Shown piece by piece: positions 13,901-25,621 of a stretch of DNA of 63,796 nucleotides. Under the pieces are notes generated by a model. That model searched no databases and was not told the origin of the DNA. It saw only the letters and a list, made by a program, of their open reading frames with translations. Both the position numbers and the translations under genes were made by a program. Position 1 is the first letter of the stretch. Each line of letters starts with the position of its first letter. Source of the stretch: Macrostomum lignano (lineage: Eukaryota); NCBI GenBank assembly GCA_002269645.1, contig NIVC01003383.1, positions 36,522-100,317 on the forward strand, in the 5' to 3' direction.

Positions 13901-16900
13901 CCTGCCCAAGCTGAAGGCCACCAAGCACCGGGTGCTCATCTTCTGCCAGATGACCGCCCTCATGACCATCATGCAGGACTACTTTGATCACAAGGGATTC
14001 AAGTACCTGCGGCTTGATGGCACCACCAAGGCTGAGGACAGGGGCTCTCTGCTGCAGGTGATTGCCTCCTAGTCTCGTGTCTCTGATCCCTAGTCTCGTG
14101 TCTCTGATCCCTAGTCTCGTGTCTCTGATCCCTAGTCTCGTGTCTCTGATCCCTAGTCTCTTGTCTCTGATCCCTAGTCTCGTGTCTCTGATCCCTAGTC
14201 TCGTGTCTCTGATCCCTAGTCTCGTGTCTCTGATCCCTAGTCTCTTGTCTCTGATCCCTAGTCTCTTGTCTCTGATCCCTAGTCTCGTGTCTCTGATCTC
14301 TAGTCTCGTGTCTCTGATCCCTAGTCTCGTGTCTCTGATCCCTAGTCTCGTGTCTCTGATCCCTAGTCTCTTGTCTCTGATCCCTAGTCTCGTGTCTCTG
14401 ATCCCTAGTCTCTTGTCTCTGATCTCTAGTCTCGTGTCTCTGATCCCTAGTCTCTTGTCTCTGATCCCTAGTCTCTTGTCTCTGATCCCTAGTCTCTTGT
14501 CTCTGATCTCTAGTCTCGTGTCTCTGATCCCTAGTCTCGTGTCTCTGATCCCTAGTCTCGTGTCTCTGATCTCTAGTCTCGTGTCTCTGATCCCTAGTCT
14601 CGTGTCTCTGATCCCTAGTCTCGTGTCTCTGATCCCTAGTCTCTTGTCTCTGATCCCTAGTCTCTTGTCTCTGATCCCTAGTCTCTTGTCTCTGATCTCT
14701 AGTCTCGTGTCTCTGATCTCTAGTCTCGTGTCTCTGATCCCTAGTCTCTTGTCTCTGATCTCTAGTCTCGTGTCTCTGATCTCTAGTCTCGTGTCTCTGA
14801 TCCCTAGTCTCGTGTCTCTGATCCCTAGTCTCGTGTCTCTGATCCCTAGTCTCTTGTCTCTGATCTCTAGTCTCGTGTCTCTGATCCCAAATCTCTGGAC
14901 TTCTGTCTTCTGCTAAGCTTTGATCCGAATCGCAGTTTTCATGGCTAATAACAGTGGTTTGAAGTAGAATTCTCTGTCTTCAAAATCGAACTTGAAGCTT
15001 TGATGAAAAAATAAAATTCTTTATTCTCAAAAAATTCGTTTTTTGGGCCCTTCTCGTCCTGCGACTCGCCTGACACCCATGAAAGCGGCGACTCGATTCA
15101 CCGAGAAGGCACAACAGTTGGAAACTCGCTTTATTTGTTTTCAACCGGCGAATTCACCCCAGCAAGCCAGAGCTGACATTGCATCTGTGGCTGGCATTGC
15201 TGATTTCTGGGTGGCCTGCTGGACAGATCTCTTGGGATTTGGGTTTTGTTCCCGAATTTCTAAACTTTGATCCCGAATTTATGTAATTTGATCCCGAATT
15301 CGAGATTTGATCCCGAATTCATGGGATTTGATCCCGAATTAATGAGATTCGATTCCGAATTTATTGATTTTGATCCCAAATCTCTATGTTTCAATCTCAG
15401 ATCCCAAATCTCTATGTTTCAATCTCAGATCCCAAATCTCTATGTTTCAATCTCAGATCCCAAATCTCTATGTTTCAATCTCAGATCCCAAATCTCTATG
15501 TTTCAATCTCAGATCCCAAATCTCTATGTTTCAATCTCAGATCCCAAATCTCTATGTTTCAATCTCAGATCCCAAATCTCTATGTTTCAATCTCAGATCC
15601 CAGATTTCATAACTTATTCTACAATCTTACCTTGCAATTTTAATTTGACGCCAGGTTTTCAACGACACGGAGTCTGACTACTTCATCTTCCTGCTGAGCA
15701 CCCGGGCCGGCGGCCTCGGCCTCAACTTGCAGACGGCTGACACTGTGATCATCTTCGACTCGGACTGGAACCCGCACCAGGACCTGCAGGCGCAGGACCG
15801 GGCCCACCGCATCGGGCAGAAAAACGAAGTGCGCGTTCTGCGCCTTATCTGCGTGAACTCCGTTGAGGAGCGAATCCTGGCCGCTGCCAGGTACAAGCTC
15901 AACGTTGATGAGAAGGTCATCCAGGCTGGTGAGTTGGGTTGGGGAGAGCAGGCCTGAGCACAGCAGACGGAGGGGCTGATTGGAGGGCTGGGTATTGAGT
16001 AGGATTGGAGGGCTGGGTATTGAGTAGGATTGGAGGGCTGGGTATTGAGTAGGATTGGAGGGATGGGTATTGAGTAGGATTGGAGGGCTGGGTATTGAGT
16101 AGGATTGGAGGGCTGGGTATTGAGTAGGATTGGAGGGATGGGTATTGAGTAGGATTGGAGGGCTGGGTATTGAGTAGGATTGGAGGGCTGGGTATTGAGT
16201 AGGATTGGAGGGCTGGGTATTGAGTAGGATTGGAGGGCTGGGTATTGAGTAGGATTGGAGGGATGGGTATTGAGTAGGATTGGAGGGATGGGTATTGAGT
16301 AGGATTGGAGGGATGGGTATTGAGTAGGATTGGAGGGCTGGGTATTGAGTAGGATTGGAGGGCTGGGTATTGAGTAGGATTGGAGGGATGGGTATTGAGT
16401 AGGATTGGAGGGATGGGTATTGAGTAGGATTGGAGGGATAGGTATTGAGTAGGATTGGAGGGATAGGTATTGAGTAGGATTGGAGGGCTGGGTATTGAGT
16501 AGGATTGGAGGGCTGGGTATTGAGTAGGATTGGAGGGATGGGTATTGAGTAGGATTGGAGGGATAGGTATTGAGTAGGATTGGAGGGCTGGGTATTGAGT
16601 AGGATTAGAGGGCTGGGTATTGAGTAGGATTGGAGGGCTGGGTATTGAGTAGGATTGGAGGGCTGGGTATTGAGTAGGATTGGAGGGCTGGGTATTGAGT
16701 AGGATTGGAGGGCTGGGTATTGAGTAGGATTGGAGGGATGGGTATTGAGTAGGATTAGAGGGCTGGGTATTAAGTAGGATTGGAGGGCTGGGTATTGAGT
16801 AGGATTGGAGGGCTGGGTATTGAGTAGGATTGGAGGGATGGGTATTGAGTAGGATTGGAGGGATGGGTATTGAGTAGGATTGGAGGGATAGGTATTGAGT

Positions 16901-19900
16901 AGGATTGGAGGGCTGGGTATTGAGTAGGATTGGAGGGCTGGGTATTGAGTAGGATTGGAGGGCTGGGTATTGAGTAGGATTGGAGGGATGGGTATTGAGT
17001 AGGATTGGAGGGCTGGGTATTGAGTAGGATTGGAGGGCTGGGTATTGAGTAGGATTGGAGGGATGGGTATTGAGTAGGATTGGAGGGCTGGGTATTGAGT
17101 AGGATTGGAGGGATGGGTATTGAGTAGGATTGGAGGGCTGGGTATTAAGTAGGATTGGAGGGATGGGTATTGAGTAGGATTGGAGGGCTGGGTATTGAGT
17201 AGGATTGGAGGGCTGGGTATTAAGTAGGATTGGAGGGCTGGGTATTGAGTAGGATTGGAGGGCTGGGTATTGAGTAGGATTGGAGGGATGGGTATTGAGT
17301 AGGATTGGAGGGATGGGTATTGAGTAGGATTGGAGGGCTGGGTATTGAGTAGGATTGGAGGGATGGGTATTGAGTAGGATTGGAGGGATGGGTATTGAGT
17401 AGGATTGGAGGGATGGGTATTGAGTAGGATTGGAGGGATGGGTATTGAGTAGGATTGGAGGGCTGGGTATTGAGTAGGATTGGAGGGCTGGGTATTGAGT
17501 AGGATTGGAGGGCTGGGTATTGAGTAGGATTGGAGGGCTGGGTATTGAGTAGGATTGGAGGGCTGGGTATCGAGTAGAGTTAAAGGGCTGGGTATTGAGT
17601 AGGGTTGGAGGGCTGGGACTGAGTAGGGTTGCAGGGCAGGCCTGAGTCAATCCTCATCCCAAATCCGTCAGGCATGTTCGACCAGAAGTCAACTGGAGTG
17701 GAGCGGAAGCAGTTCCTCATGGCGCTGCTCGAAGGCGAGAACGACGGCGAACTGGAGGGCCTGGAGATTCACGACGACGAGACGGTGAACCAGATGCTCG
17801 CCCGCACCGAGCAGGAGTACGAAATCTACCAGGCTATGGACAAAGAGCGGCAGCACAACGATGCCATGAACAAAGACCGAAAACCGCGACTCATTACTAA
17901 TGAGGAGCTGCCGCCCTGGATTGTGCGCGACGATGTTCAAGTGAGCGACGGCCTTCCTCTGTTCGGTTTTTTAGGGATCTGAGGGTTCTTTGAGGGATCT
18001 GATTTATCATTTAGGGATCTGAGTTCTTTTAGAGATCTGAAGGATCTTTTAGGAAGTATCTCTGGGATTTTTTTAACTTTTTGGCCTCTCTGAATTTTTC
18101 TGGATTTGGCGCCCTGGAAGATTTCGGATACTGAATAATTCTGTGGAAATCTTTTAGCTCTTAGTAATCAGTTTTTAGGATTAGCTAGCGGGAGCACAAT
18201 TAGCTGACTTAGCTCATCTCACTGCCAACCCTGCCACCCCCAGGTGGACTCGAGCCTATTCGAGACGGACGAATCCGAGCTGGGATTCGGCGGCAAGCGC
18301 CAGCGCAAGGAGGTGGACTACACCGACTCCATCACTGACCAGCAGTTCCTGCGCGCCATCGAGGAGGGTGCGGACGACGACGAGGACGGCTACTATGACG
18401 ACGATGAGCCGGGCCCCTCCAGCCGCGGTGGCGGCGCCTCCGGCCGGAAGCGCGGCGGCGGCAGCGGCGGCGGCGCCAAGCGGAAGAAGCGCGAGTCAAC
18501 CGACCCGGAGGAGCCGCAGTCCAAGAAGCGCCGCGGCCGGCCGCCGCAGTCGTCCATAACGCCGAATCCGCCTCGGTTGACTCGGCTGATGAACCGCCTG
18601 CTGGACATCATCCTGACCTACCGGGACAGCGACGGCCGGGTGCTCAGCGAGCCCTTCGTCAAGCTGCCCAGCCGCAAGGAGCTGCCGGATTACTACGAGG
18701 TGATCCGCAAGCCCATGGATTTCGCCAAGATCCGGACGAAAATCCGCGAGCACCGCTACCGCGCCGTGGACGACCTCGTGTCCGACGTGCAGCTGCTGTG
18801 CCGCAACGCACAGATGTACAACAAAGATGGCAGCCTCATCTTCGAGGACAGTTTAGTCCTCGCCCAGGTGTGCTCAAGCGCCAGGGAGCAGCTCAAGCAC
18901 GAGGAGATTGAGGCGATGCGCCCGGCCCCGCCCAGCCTCGCTGCCCCGCCACCATCTGTTGCCGCAGCTGCCGCCAGCACCGCTGCCTCGGCCTCTGCAT
19001 CTGCCGTCTCGCTCGCCGCGTCTGCTTCGGCTTCGGCCCTCTCTGCTGGGCCGGATGACGATGGTAAGTGATCGCTTTGATTACCTTTGCTAATCTCATT
19101 AATTCATCTCACTCATCAATACCATTATGGAAGCCTATTTTTTCACGTCTATTGTTCTTATATCACGGTTTAAGATCTTCTATTCCCAATCTCCCTGGTT
19201 CCGGAATCCCCTGTTCCCCATCCCCTGTTTTCCTGTTCCCCATCCCCTGTTTTCCTGTTCCCCAATCCCCTGTTTTCCTGTTCCCCAATCCCCTGTTCCC
19301 CATCCCATGTTTTCCTGTCCCCAATCCCCTGTTTCCCATCCCCTGTTTTCCTGTTCCCCAATCCCCTGTTCCCCATCCCCTGTTTCCCTGTTCCCAATCC
19401 CCTGTTCCCCATCCCCTGTTTCCCTGTTTCCCATCCCCTGTTTTCCTGTTCCCCAATCCCCTGTTCCCCATCCCCTGTTTCCCTGTTTCCCATCCCCTGT
19501 TTTCCTGTTCCCCAATCCCCTGTTCCCCTGTTTCCCATCCCCTGTTCCCCATCCCCTGTTTTCCTGTTCCCAATCCCCTGTTCCCCAATCCCCTGTTCCC
19601 CTGTTTCCCATCCCTGTTCCCCATCCCCTGTTTTCCTGTTCCCCAATCCCCTGTTCCCCATCCCCTGTTTTCCTGTTCCCCAATCCCCTGTTCCCCATCC
19701 CCTGTTTTCCTGTTCCCCAATCCCCTGTTCCCCATCCCTGTTTTCCTGTTCCCCAATCCCCTGTTTTCCTGTTCCCCAATCCCCTGTTCCCCATCCCATG
19801 TTTTCCTGTCCCCAATCCCCTGTTTCCCATCCCCTGTTTTCCTGTTCCCCAATCCCCTGTTCCCCATCCCCTGTTTCCCTGTTCCCCAATCCCCTGTTCC

Positions 19901-20941
19901 CCATCCCCTGTTTCCCTGTTTCCCATCCCCTGTTTTCCTGTTCCCCAATCCCCTGTTCCCCATCCCCTGTTTCCCTGTTTCCCATCCCCTGTTTTCCTGT
20001 TCCCCAATCCCCTGTTCCCCTGTTTCCCATCCCCTGTTCCCCATCCCCTGTTTTCCTGTTCCCCAATCCCCTGTTCCCCAATCCCCTGTTCCCCTGTTTC
20101 CCATCCCCTGTTCCCCATCCCCTGTTTTCCTGTTCCCCAATCCCCTGTTCCCCATCCCCTGTTTTCCTGTTCCCCAATCCCCTGTTCCCCAATCCCCTGT
20201 TCCCCTGTTTCCCATCCCCTGTTTCCAATCTTCTGTTCCTCAATTCCCTGTTCCATATCCCTTGTTGCCAGTGGGCGGAGCAGTTCAGCGGTAAACGCGC
20301 CTGGCATTCATTTGGGTCTTGTGCACGAAAATTAGCCGGGGGTTGTTGTGCGATTCACATGCCTGATGATTATGGAGTCAGGGCCGCTGTGCACCCTCTG
20401 TGAGCGTGTGTACGAGTGCGTGACTGCGGACAGTATTGGCGCCCTTGTGTGTGGCTCAGGAGTCCGCGGAATGGCCATAATTGCCTCAGCGCTGGTTGTG
20501 GGGCCGTGTCGCCGAAGGCATTGCGTGCCCCACAGGCCTCCTGTGAATATGTACTTTTGTACACCAAGTCCCTATGGCACAGACTTTGCAATCTCTCAAT
20601 CTACAATTGTATTAAAGCTACTCAAAGCTACTTAAAGTAGTCTAAGTCTGGTTTTTTGCGCCAGTGTTATTCCGGGACCTCATAGGATTTTTGGCATAGT
20701 AAAAAATGATTATCATGCTATTAGCATCGATTGCGCCACGAAAAAACCCTAAGTACAACGCATTGCTTGCTCATTACCAATTGCAGTTAGCAATGCGTCA
20801 AGCGGCAAGGTGGGCGCCAGCGGCAGCGGCGGCGCCAGCAGCGGCGGCGGCGCCACCATCACTAAGAGGCGAATGAAGAAGACAGCAACTAGGAAGAAGT
20901 TCACCATCTCGGACGACGAGGATGGTGAAGATTTCTACTGA
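5799..20941 (+). CDS. SMARCA4: Brahma / SMARCA2-SMARCA4 SWI/SNF ATPase, 8 coding exons
   Basis: Exons 5799-9362, 9794-10294, 11000-11229, 13725-14057, 15655-15928, 17672-17940, 18244-19063, 20787-20941, all GT-AG and phase-compatible. Domains in order: Q/P-rich N-terminus, QLQ ([16 protein letters not shown]), HSA, BRK, Walker A DEMGLG|KT, DEGH box, helicase-C ([26 protein letters not shown]), SnAC, AT-hook (KRRGRP), bromodomain. A one-base frameshift at 7490-7494 is probably an assembly error. Confidence 0.97.
9398..9750. repeat. Intron 1 minisatellite, 32-bp unit (ATATCTTGTGCCTAGATTTTTCTAATCCGCTC)
   Basis: About 10 tandem copies. Confidence 0.92.
9794..10294 (+). CDS. SMARCA4: Brahma exon 2 (SNF2_N)
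   Basis: CAG|GC AAG ACC ATC ... [12 protein letters not shown] ... [22 protein letters not shown] ... G|GTGAGT. Confidence 0.96.
10383..10967. repeat. Intron 2 (TGAT)n microsatellite with interruptions
   Basis: Direct inspection. Confidence 0.95.
11000..11229 (+). CDS. SMARCA4: Brahma exon 3
   Basis: [35 protein letters not shown]...KDKK with canonical splice sites. Confidence 0.95.
11570..13575. repeat. Intron 3 minisatellite, 23-bp unit (ATCCCTAATCCTGAGATTTTCTT)
   Basis: About 2 kb array with recurring variant units. Confidence 0.95.
13725..14057 (+). CDS. SMARCA4: Brahma exon 4
   Basis: [22 protein letters not shown]...[14 protein letters not shown]...RLDGTTK. Confidence 0.95.
14070..14890. 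repeat. Intron 4 minisatellite A, 21-bp unit (CTAGTCTCGTGTCTCTGATCC)
   Basis: About 39 copies. They produce the spurious LIPSLVS ORF. Confidence 0.95.
15265..15602. repeat. Intron 4 minisatellite B: short TTTGATCCCGAA repeats followed by a 28-bp unit (TCTATGTTTCAATCTCAGATCCCAAATC)
   Basis: About 8 near-perfect 28-mers at 15375-15602. Confidence 0.9.
15655..15928 (+). CDS. SMARCA4: Brahma exon 5 (helicase C motifs V/VI)
   Basis: [55 protein letters not shown]. Confidence 0.96.
15978..17630. repeat. Intron 5 G-rich minisatellite, 25-bp unit (GGATTGGAGGGCTGGGTATTGAGTA)
   Basis: About 65 copies with ct/at variants. Confidence 0.96.
17672..17940 (+). CDS. SMARCA4: Brahma exon 6 (SnAC region)
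   Basis: GMFDQKST...[11 protein letters not shown]...[11 protein letters not shown]. Confidence 0.93.
18244..19063 (+). CDS. SMARCA4: Brahma exon 7 (AT-hook, bromodomain)
   Basis: [40 protein letters not shown]...NAQMYN. Confidence 0.95.
19205..20260. repeat. Intron 7 pyrimidine-rich minisatellite (CCCCTGTTTTCCTGTTCCCCAAT and sub-units)
   Basis: The array is almost devoid of purines on the + strand. Confidence 0.93.
20272..20555 (+). mobile_element. Degenerate tRNA-derived SINE copy (family shared with 28300-28400 and 43141-43505)
   Basis: A-box-like head GGGCGGAGCAGTTCAGCGGT. The body (CATGCCTGATGAT..AGGGCCGCTGT..GTGAGCGTGTG..GCTCAGG..GCGGAATGG) aligns by eye with 43305-43480. Confidence 0.6.
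20787..20941 (+). CDS. SMARCA4: Brahma terminal exon 8 (G/S-rich, basic, acidic end ...[11 protein letters not shown])
   Basis: TTGCAG acceptor; phase 1 matches the exon 7 donor. Open to TGA at 20939-20941. AATAAA at 21638-21643. Confidence 0.75.
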
Positions 20942-21804
20942 TTCAGGGCCGATTGGTCACCCGGAATTGCTGCTTTTACATTATTAACGCATTCTTAACA
21001 CGTTGCAGTTATTTAACTTATAGCTATTGCACACGCTCCCCCCAGCTATTCTATCCAATTTGTACATGTTTTACTCTCTGTACTATTAGTAGTGTGTCTG
21101 TACGCGTGCTCAGTGTGTGTCGCTTTATTTACAAATGATAATGCCCCCCCCCGGTTAGTGTTGACCCATCTGTATCCCAGTTATAACTGATTAATTCTGC
21201 AAAAGGTGTAACAAATGCTTCAATTGTTTGCGATATAGTACCCATAACTGATTGCTTTATGATACTACTCTTCAAAAGTAGTAATATATATAGAGTGCGC
21301 GCTGCAGCTCAGCCAATGTGGTGCGTTTTTTGTTGCGTCTTGATTGTCATTAATTATTACTACTGCATTAGCTTACTGTTAGTAGTAGTAAACACACATT
21401 CACTGCTTTGTAAGTTACGCTATGTTACGCCCTGGGACTTTTTTCTCTCTCTCAAGTTGACGGCTCTCAGTTTCTGTTCGTTGCAGAATTTATAAATAGT
21501 CAATATGGATATCCACTTGTGACTGTCTTTATTCCCATTGCTGTTGCATCAATTATAGTAATAATCATATTTCCCGTGTTAGCCTGGACGTTGCGAATTT
21601 TAGTTAACTTTATATAAAAATTCTGTTTAATAATTTTAATAAACTAGTGGCTGAGTTCACGGCTCGCTTTTCCAGTTTTTGTCCCTGACTGTTAAAGTGC
21701 ACTGGGCCGACCGCTTTGGCCAGCACTGCTTATTATCCAAATATGAGCACTGCTCAATCACACTTGTTTAATGCAATCTTTTTTATTGATCTATTGATCT
21801 CAGT

Positions 21805-22245
21805 TGTTCTGTGGGTGCTCAGCCTGCAGTCTCTCAGTCATTCTGTGGGTGCTCAGCCTGCAGTCTCTCAGTCATTCTGTGGGTGCTCAGCCTGCTGTCT
21901 CTCAGTCATTCAGTGGGTGCTCAGCCTGCAGTCTCTCAGTCATTCTGTGGGTGCTCAGCCTGCAGTCTCTCAGTCATTCTGTGGGTGCTCAGCCTGCAGT
22001 CTCTCAGTCATTCAGTGGGTGCTCAGCCTGCTGTCTCTCAGTCATTCTGTGGGTGCTCAGCCTGCTGTCTCTCAGTCATTCTGTGGGTGCTCAGCCTGCA
22101 GTCTCTCAGTCATTCAGTGGGTGCTCAGCCTGCTGTCTCTCAGTCATTCAGTGGATGCTCAGCCAGCCCCTCAGTCATTCATTGGGTGCTCAGACTGCGG
22201 TCTCTCAGTCATTCATTGGGTGCTCAACCAGCCCCTCAGTCCTTC
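21805..22245. repeat. Minisatellite, 34-bp unit (TCTGTGGGTGCTCAGCCTGCAGTCTCTCAGTCAT)
   Basis: About 13 copies. Confidence 0.93.
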
Positions 22246-22349
22246 AGCTGATATAATGATGTTGAATGACAACATAATTCATCGTGTGGAAGGTCCGTCC
22301 GCCTGATGAATGAGAAATCGGTTTGCTGCGCTTTAGGTTATAGAAACCT

Positions 22350-22522
22350 CTGTCACACGCAGGAAATCAGTACTGTGACAGTACTACTGTCACACACAAA
22401 AAATCCGTACAGTCACACAGGAAATCAGTACTGTCACACGCAGGAAATCAGTTATGTCACACGCAGGAAATCAGTACTGTCACACGCAGGAAATCAGTAC
22501 TGTCACACGCAGGCAATCAGTA
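22350..22522. repeat. Minisatellite, ~23-bp unit (TGTCACACGCAGGAAATCAGTAC)
   Basis: About 7 degenerate copies. Confidence 0.8.
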
Positions 22523-23139
22523 CGCTCGTACTTTACAATCGTAAAGCTCGCAACGCACTTCGACAGCGATTTTTAGGAGATCTACTCCTGACGTCATCTG
22601 GTCAGATGGTGGAACAGTTCACTTTTGAGTCATTTAAGGCGCCCCTGAAGAGATAGAAAGTCGAGCACGGAGCCTCGTCACCAACGTTGCTCAGCAACGT
22701 TGAGCAACGTCTGGGCAGCATCTGCAGTAAAAGAAATTAAGAAACTGCTGCGAGGATCATGCAACTCAGACAGACACCCTTGACTGGGACAAGGTCTGTC
22801 AGGGAAATCCTCATCTGTAATACGCCATGTGATGACGGTCGATCTACAGCACAGATTCTTTTTAGCCATCCCATACGAGATTTACTGCCAGCTAGACTAC
22901 AGTCGAGCGTTCGCAAGAGAATGGCAAAGGGCAGCCTGGTGGAAGAGAAGGCCAACAAAGCAAGAGAGCACGTTGCAATATACCAATACTGATGCAGCCC
23001 ATCCATATTTCACCATGACTACGTGGCTATCGGGCGAGCTGATATTCGATTATTGCCATAGACGATTTCATTTTAGCCCGAAACGTCCGGCCGATAATTT
23101 ACCAATACCATAGACCTTGAGGGCAGAAAGATCTTTCTA

Positions 23140-23968
23140 TAGATAGGGCACTTTGTATGGCGGTAATAGGGAAAGCGCGACCGCTGTTTTTCGTCATTTA
23201 TGCGAAAAGAGCCGACATGGGTTGCTTCAATTTTGACTTCAGTAGCTTAGGGACATAGACGCTATTTTTTGAGAATTGAATAAAACTTCTGAATTAATTA
23301 AACAGCTACTCAATTGAACCAAGAATGATGAATTCACATGAATTCACTGCAGAGACTACTAACGAAATTGAGTTCAGTAGTTGATTTACGCGCTGTCGCG
23401 AGATGCAATTTTTTTTACATTAGCTTCTATGGCCACATTAGCGGTTAATGAGTGGCCCGTCTTGTGTACGACGTATTTATGATCTTTGGTCTAACAGCGC
23501 TGCAGCTTGTACACCCATCAGTCTGGATGATGCCACACTACTGTTAAAATAAAAACCAACATCAATGCAATAACATCTTTCAGTAGACAACATTGGTTCC
23601 TATTGCTCATTTGTGTATTTATGTCATTACAATCTGCTCAGCAACAAGAGAAACAGGCTGTGTTGTGCTCACTGATTGCACAGGTCATAGTCGCAGACTA
23701 CAGTCTCAGTGTACCTCAGCAGGTACTCCGAGTGACGGGCACACTGATGCAGTGCTGCACAGAGTCTCCAGCAAAAATTGGCAGCTCCGAGTGCTCCTGC
23801 AGCAGCTCCGCGCTCGCCTCGCTCAAGACGCCTTTGAAGCAGCGCCGGCCGTGCCGGGTGTCCCCGCAGGGCGTCACGCGCTCCTCCGCGGCGCCAGCGT
23901 ACCGCGCATAGCAACTGATCTCGGAGGCCTCAGCAGTGAGTACTGTGCAGCCCAGAAACACCAGACAG
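23140..23968 (-). repeat. Left arm of ~830-bp inverted duplication (partner 25660-26498)
   Basis: Reverse complement of the right arm with only scattered substitutions and small indels. Confidence 0.95.
23669..23968 (-). pseudogene. 5'-truncated inverted copy of the Ly6-like gene
   Basis: Lacks the first ~13 codons (ATG and start of the signal peptide) and the splice acceptor. Has a one-C deletion at 23728-23729. Confidence 0.8.
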
Positions 23969-24659
23969 CACGTAAGTTTTTCGTGCTATATTGTTTAATT
24001 ATTAGTTTACTATATAAAAATACCATCCATCATAACGTACTAACTGGTTAATAAGTATTTCGTGTTCTTTAGTTGTCTATAGTTTACTCAATGTTTGTGC
24101 TAAAATATATTCAGTTGTTGTCTATGGCAAAAACGCGCTGCTTCTTTTACACTGAAAGGATTGAAGATTTCTTTCACATTCCTGCCCGGCAAATTGGATA
24201 GGAATATACAATTAGTGTTATAGTTAGCACGCGAGAAACAGCGTTTCACGGCCCGCTGAGTCTGTCTATGGTAAAATCCCATTTACTCCAATGCATTCAA
24301 TCGGTTTCACGGCCCGCTGAAAATGTCTATGGCAAAGTCAGAAGAAAGCGGGGTCAAGGGGCGCTAAGCCAAGGAATTCTAAATCTAGCAATTTTAGATT
24401 TATAATTCCTTGGCTAAGCACTCTAGAGAAAGAAGAAAATCTAAGAAATTGTCTATGGCCAAAACTCCTTATTTTGTGAATCGAAAATAGTAACTGACAG
24501 TAATCAATATCAAGCTGCAGTACTAAGCTTTATTTTCGAAATATACAAGTTGTAAAAACATTAACTAGATACTTATATGCATGAGAGTTATTTATTTATT
24601 AAAGTCGGCCATAGATAATTGCAGCGGGCGAGCGCAGCGTTTCACCCCGTTTCAACACG

Positions 24660-24934
24660 CCCAGGCTAACTATAACCTTTGAAACTGCAAGTTGTATTGC
24701 GCGGCGCATCTGAAGGCTGCGTACGGCTGTTCAGTCCAAGGACTGGGGGGTCGCCACACACACCCTCAATTACCCCAGCTAATGCTGGCACCCATTTTAC
24801 AGCTGGGTGAACTGAAGCAAAGCAGAGGTAAAGAGTCTTGCTCAAGGACACAAATTGTTTCGAGTGGATCGAGAATCGAACCCCCAACCTTTCAGCTGTG
24901 AGTCCGACGCTCTGACCACTGGGCTACAACCCCT
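24660..24934 (-). mobile_element. tRNA-derived SINE with MIR-like CORE domain
   Basis: Minus strand: GGGGTTGTAGCCCAGTGGTCAGAGCGTCGG (A box) ... GGTTCGATTCTC (B box), then GTGTCCTTGAGCAAGACTCTTTACCTCTGCTTTGCTTCAGTTCACCCAGCTGTAAAATGGG, which is colinear with the CORE consensus as recalled. Confidence 0.8.
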
Positions 24935-25621
24935 AGTTTTAGTAGATCGTACATGGTCATGTCTGTGCCACACTTCAGCCATGCCTTCCAGCTATGGCCC
25001 AATTCGGTCGCAGTTAAAACCAAATTGATTTCTGTTGTCTATGGCTTTCTGTGGTTTGTCTGAAATCTCTACCCCGGCTTAAAAAATGCGATTGTACTTG
25101 TGCTCTGCTAGATAGATAGTAGAAGTTTAAGTTCTGCGTCCTGAGTGTTTTTCTTAGTCCTTGTTGCTTATACTCCTAGTTAAATCACCCTAGTTCTTCA
25201 AGGTTAGCAGCAAGTCAGGTGAGTCTTGTTTATTACTGAAGAATTGTTTCATTTAATGAGCGCCAGCTAAACTGCGGTCTGTAACGCGCAAAGTTTTTTT
25301 AGTGTTTATAAAAGTTATTTTGGTTACAAATAGCCTCAGAAATAGTAGGAATGAACCATGTAGAAGTATAGCTGTGTTATAGTGCCTTTAGTTCAAACAT
25401 TCAGTTCAACTGGGAGGCGATCTTTTTCTCATTCCTAGCTTAGATACTTGAATATTCACTGTTTGACTAGGAATTTAGGTAAGAATTGGCTTTGCATTTT
25501 TTAAGCGGGGCAATTTAAATGAAAAAATAATCAGAGAATTTAAAGTGACTTCTCTGAACGAAGACAACAAATTAGTAAACATTTTCACTGCTTGATCCGC
25601 GCGTTTTCCTGACTCTGCAGC

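Noticed and set aside
14062-20403. Long ORFs in brahma introns ([23 protein letters not shown] repeats)
   Set aside because: They are translations of stop-free minisatellite units inside introns whose flanking exons splice in frame.
22678-23113. Short ORFs as a LINE reverse-transcriptase remnant
   Set aside because: No recognisable RT or endonuclease motif in any listed frame.
24862-24934. tRNA gene (also 43141-43210)
   Set aside because: Cloverleaf pairing is incomplete, there is no oligo-T terminator, and the sequence continues into SINE body sequence.
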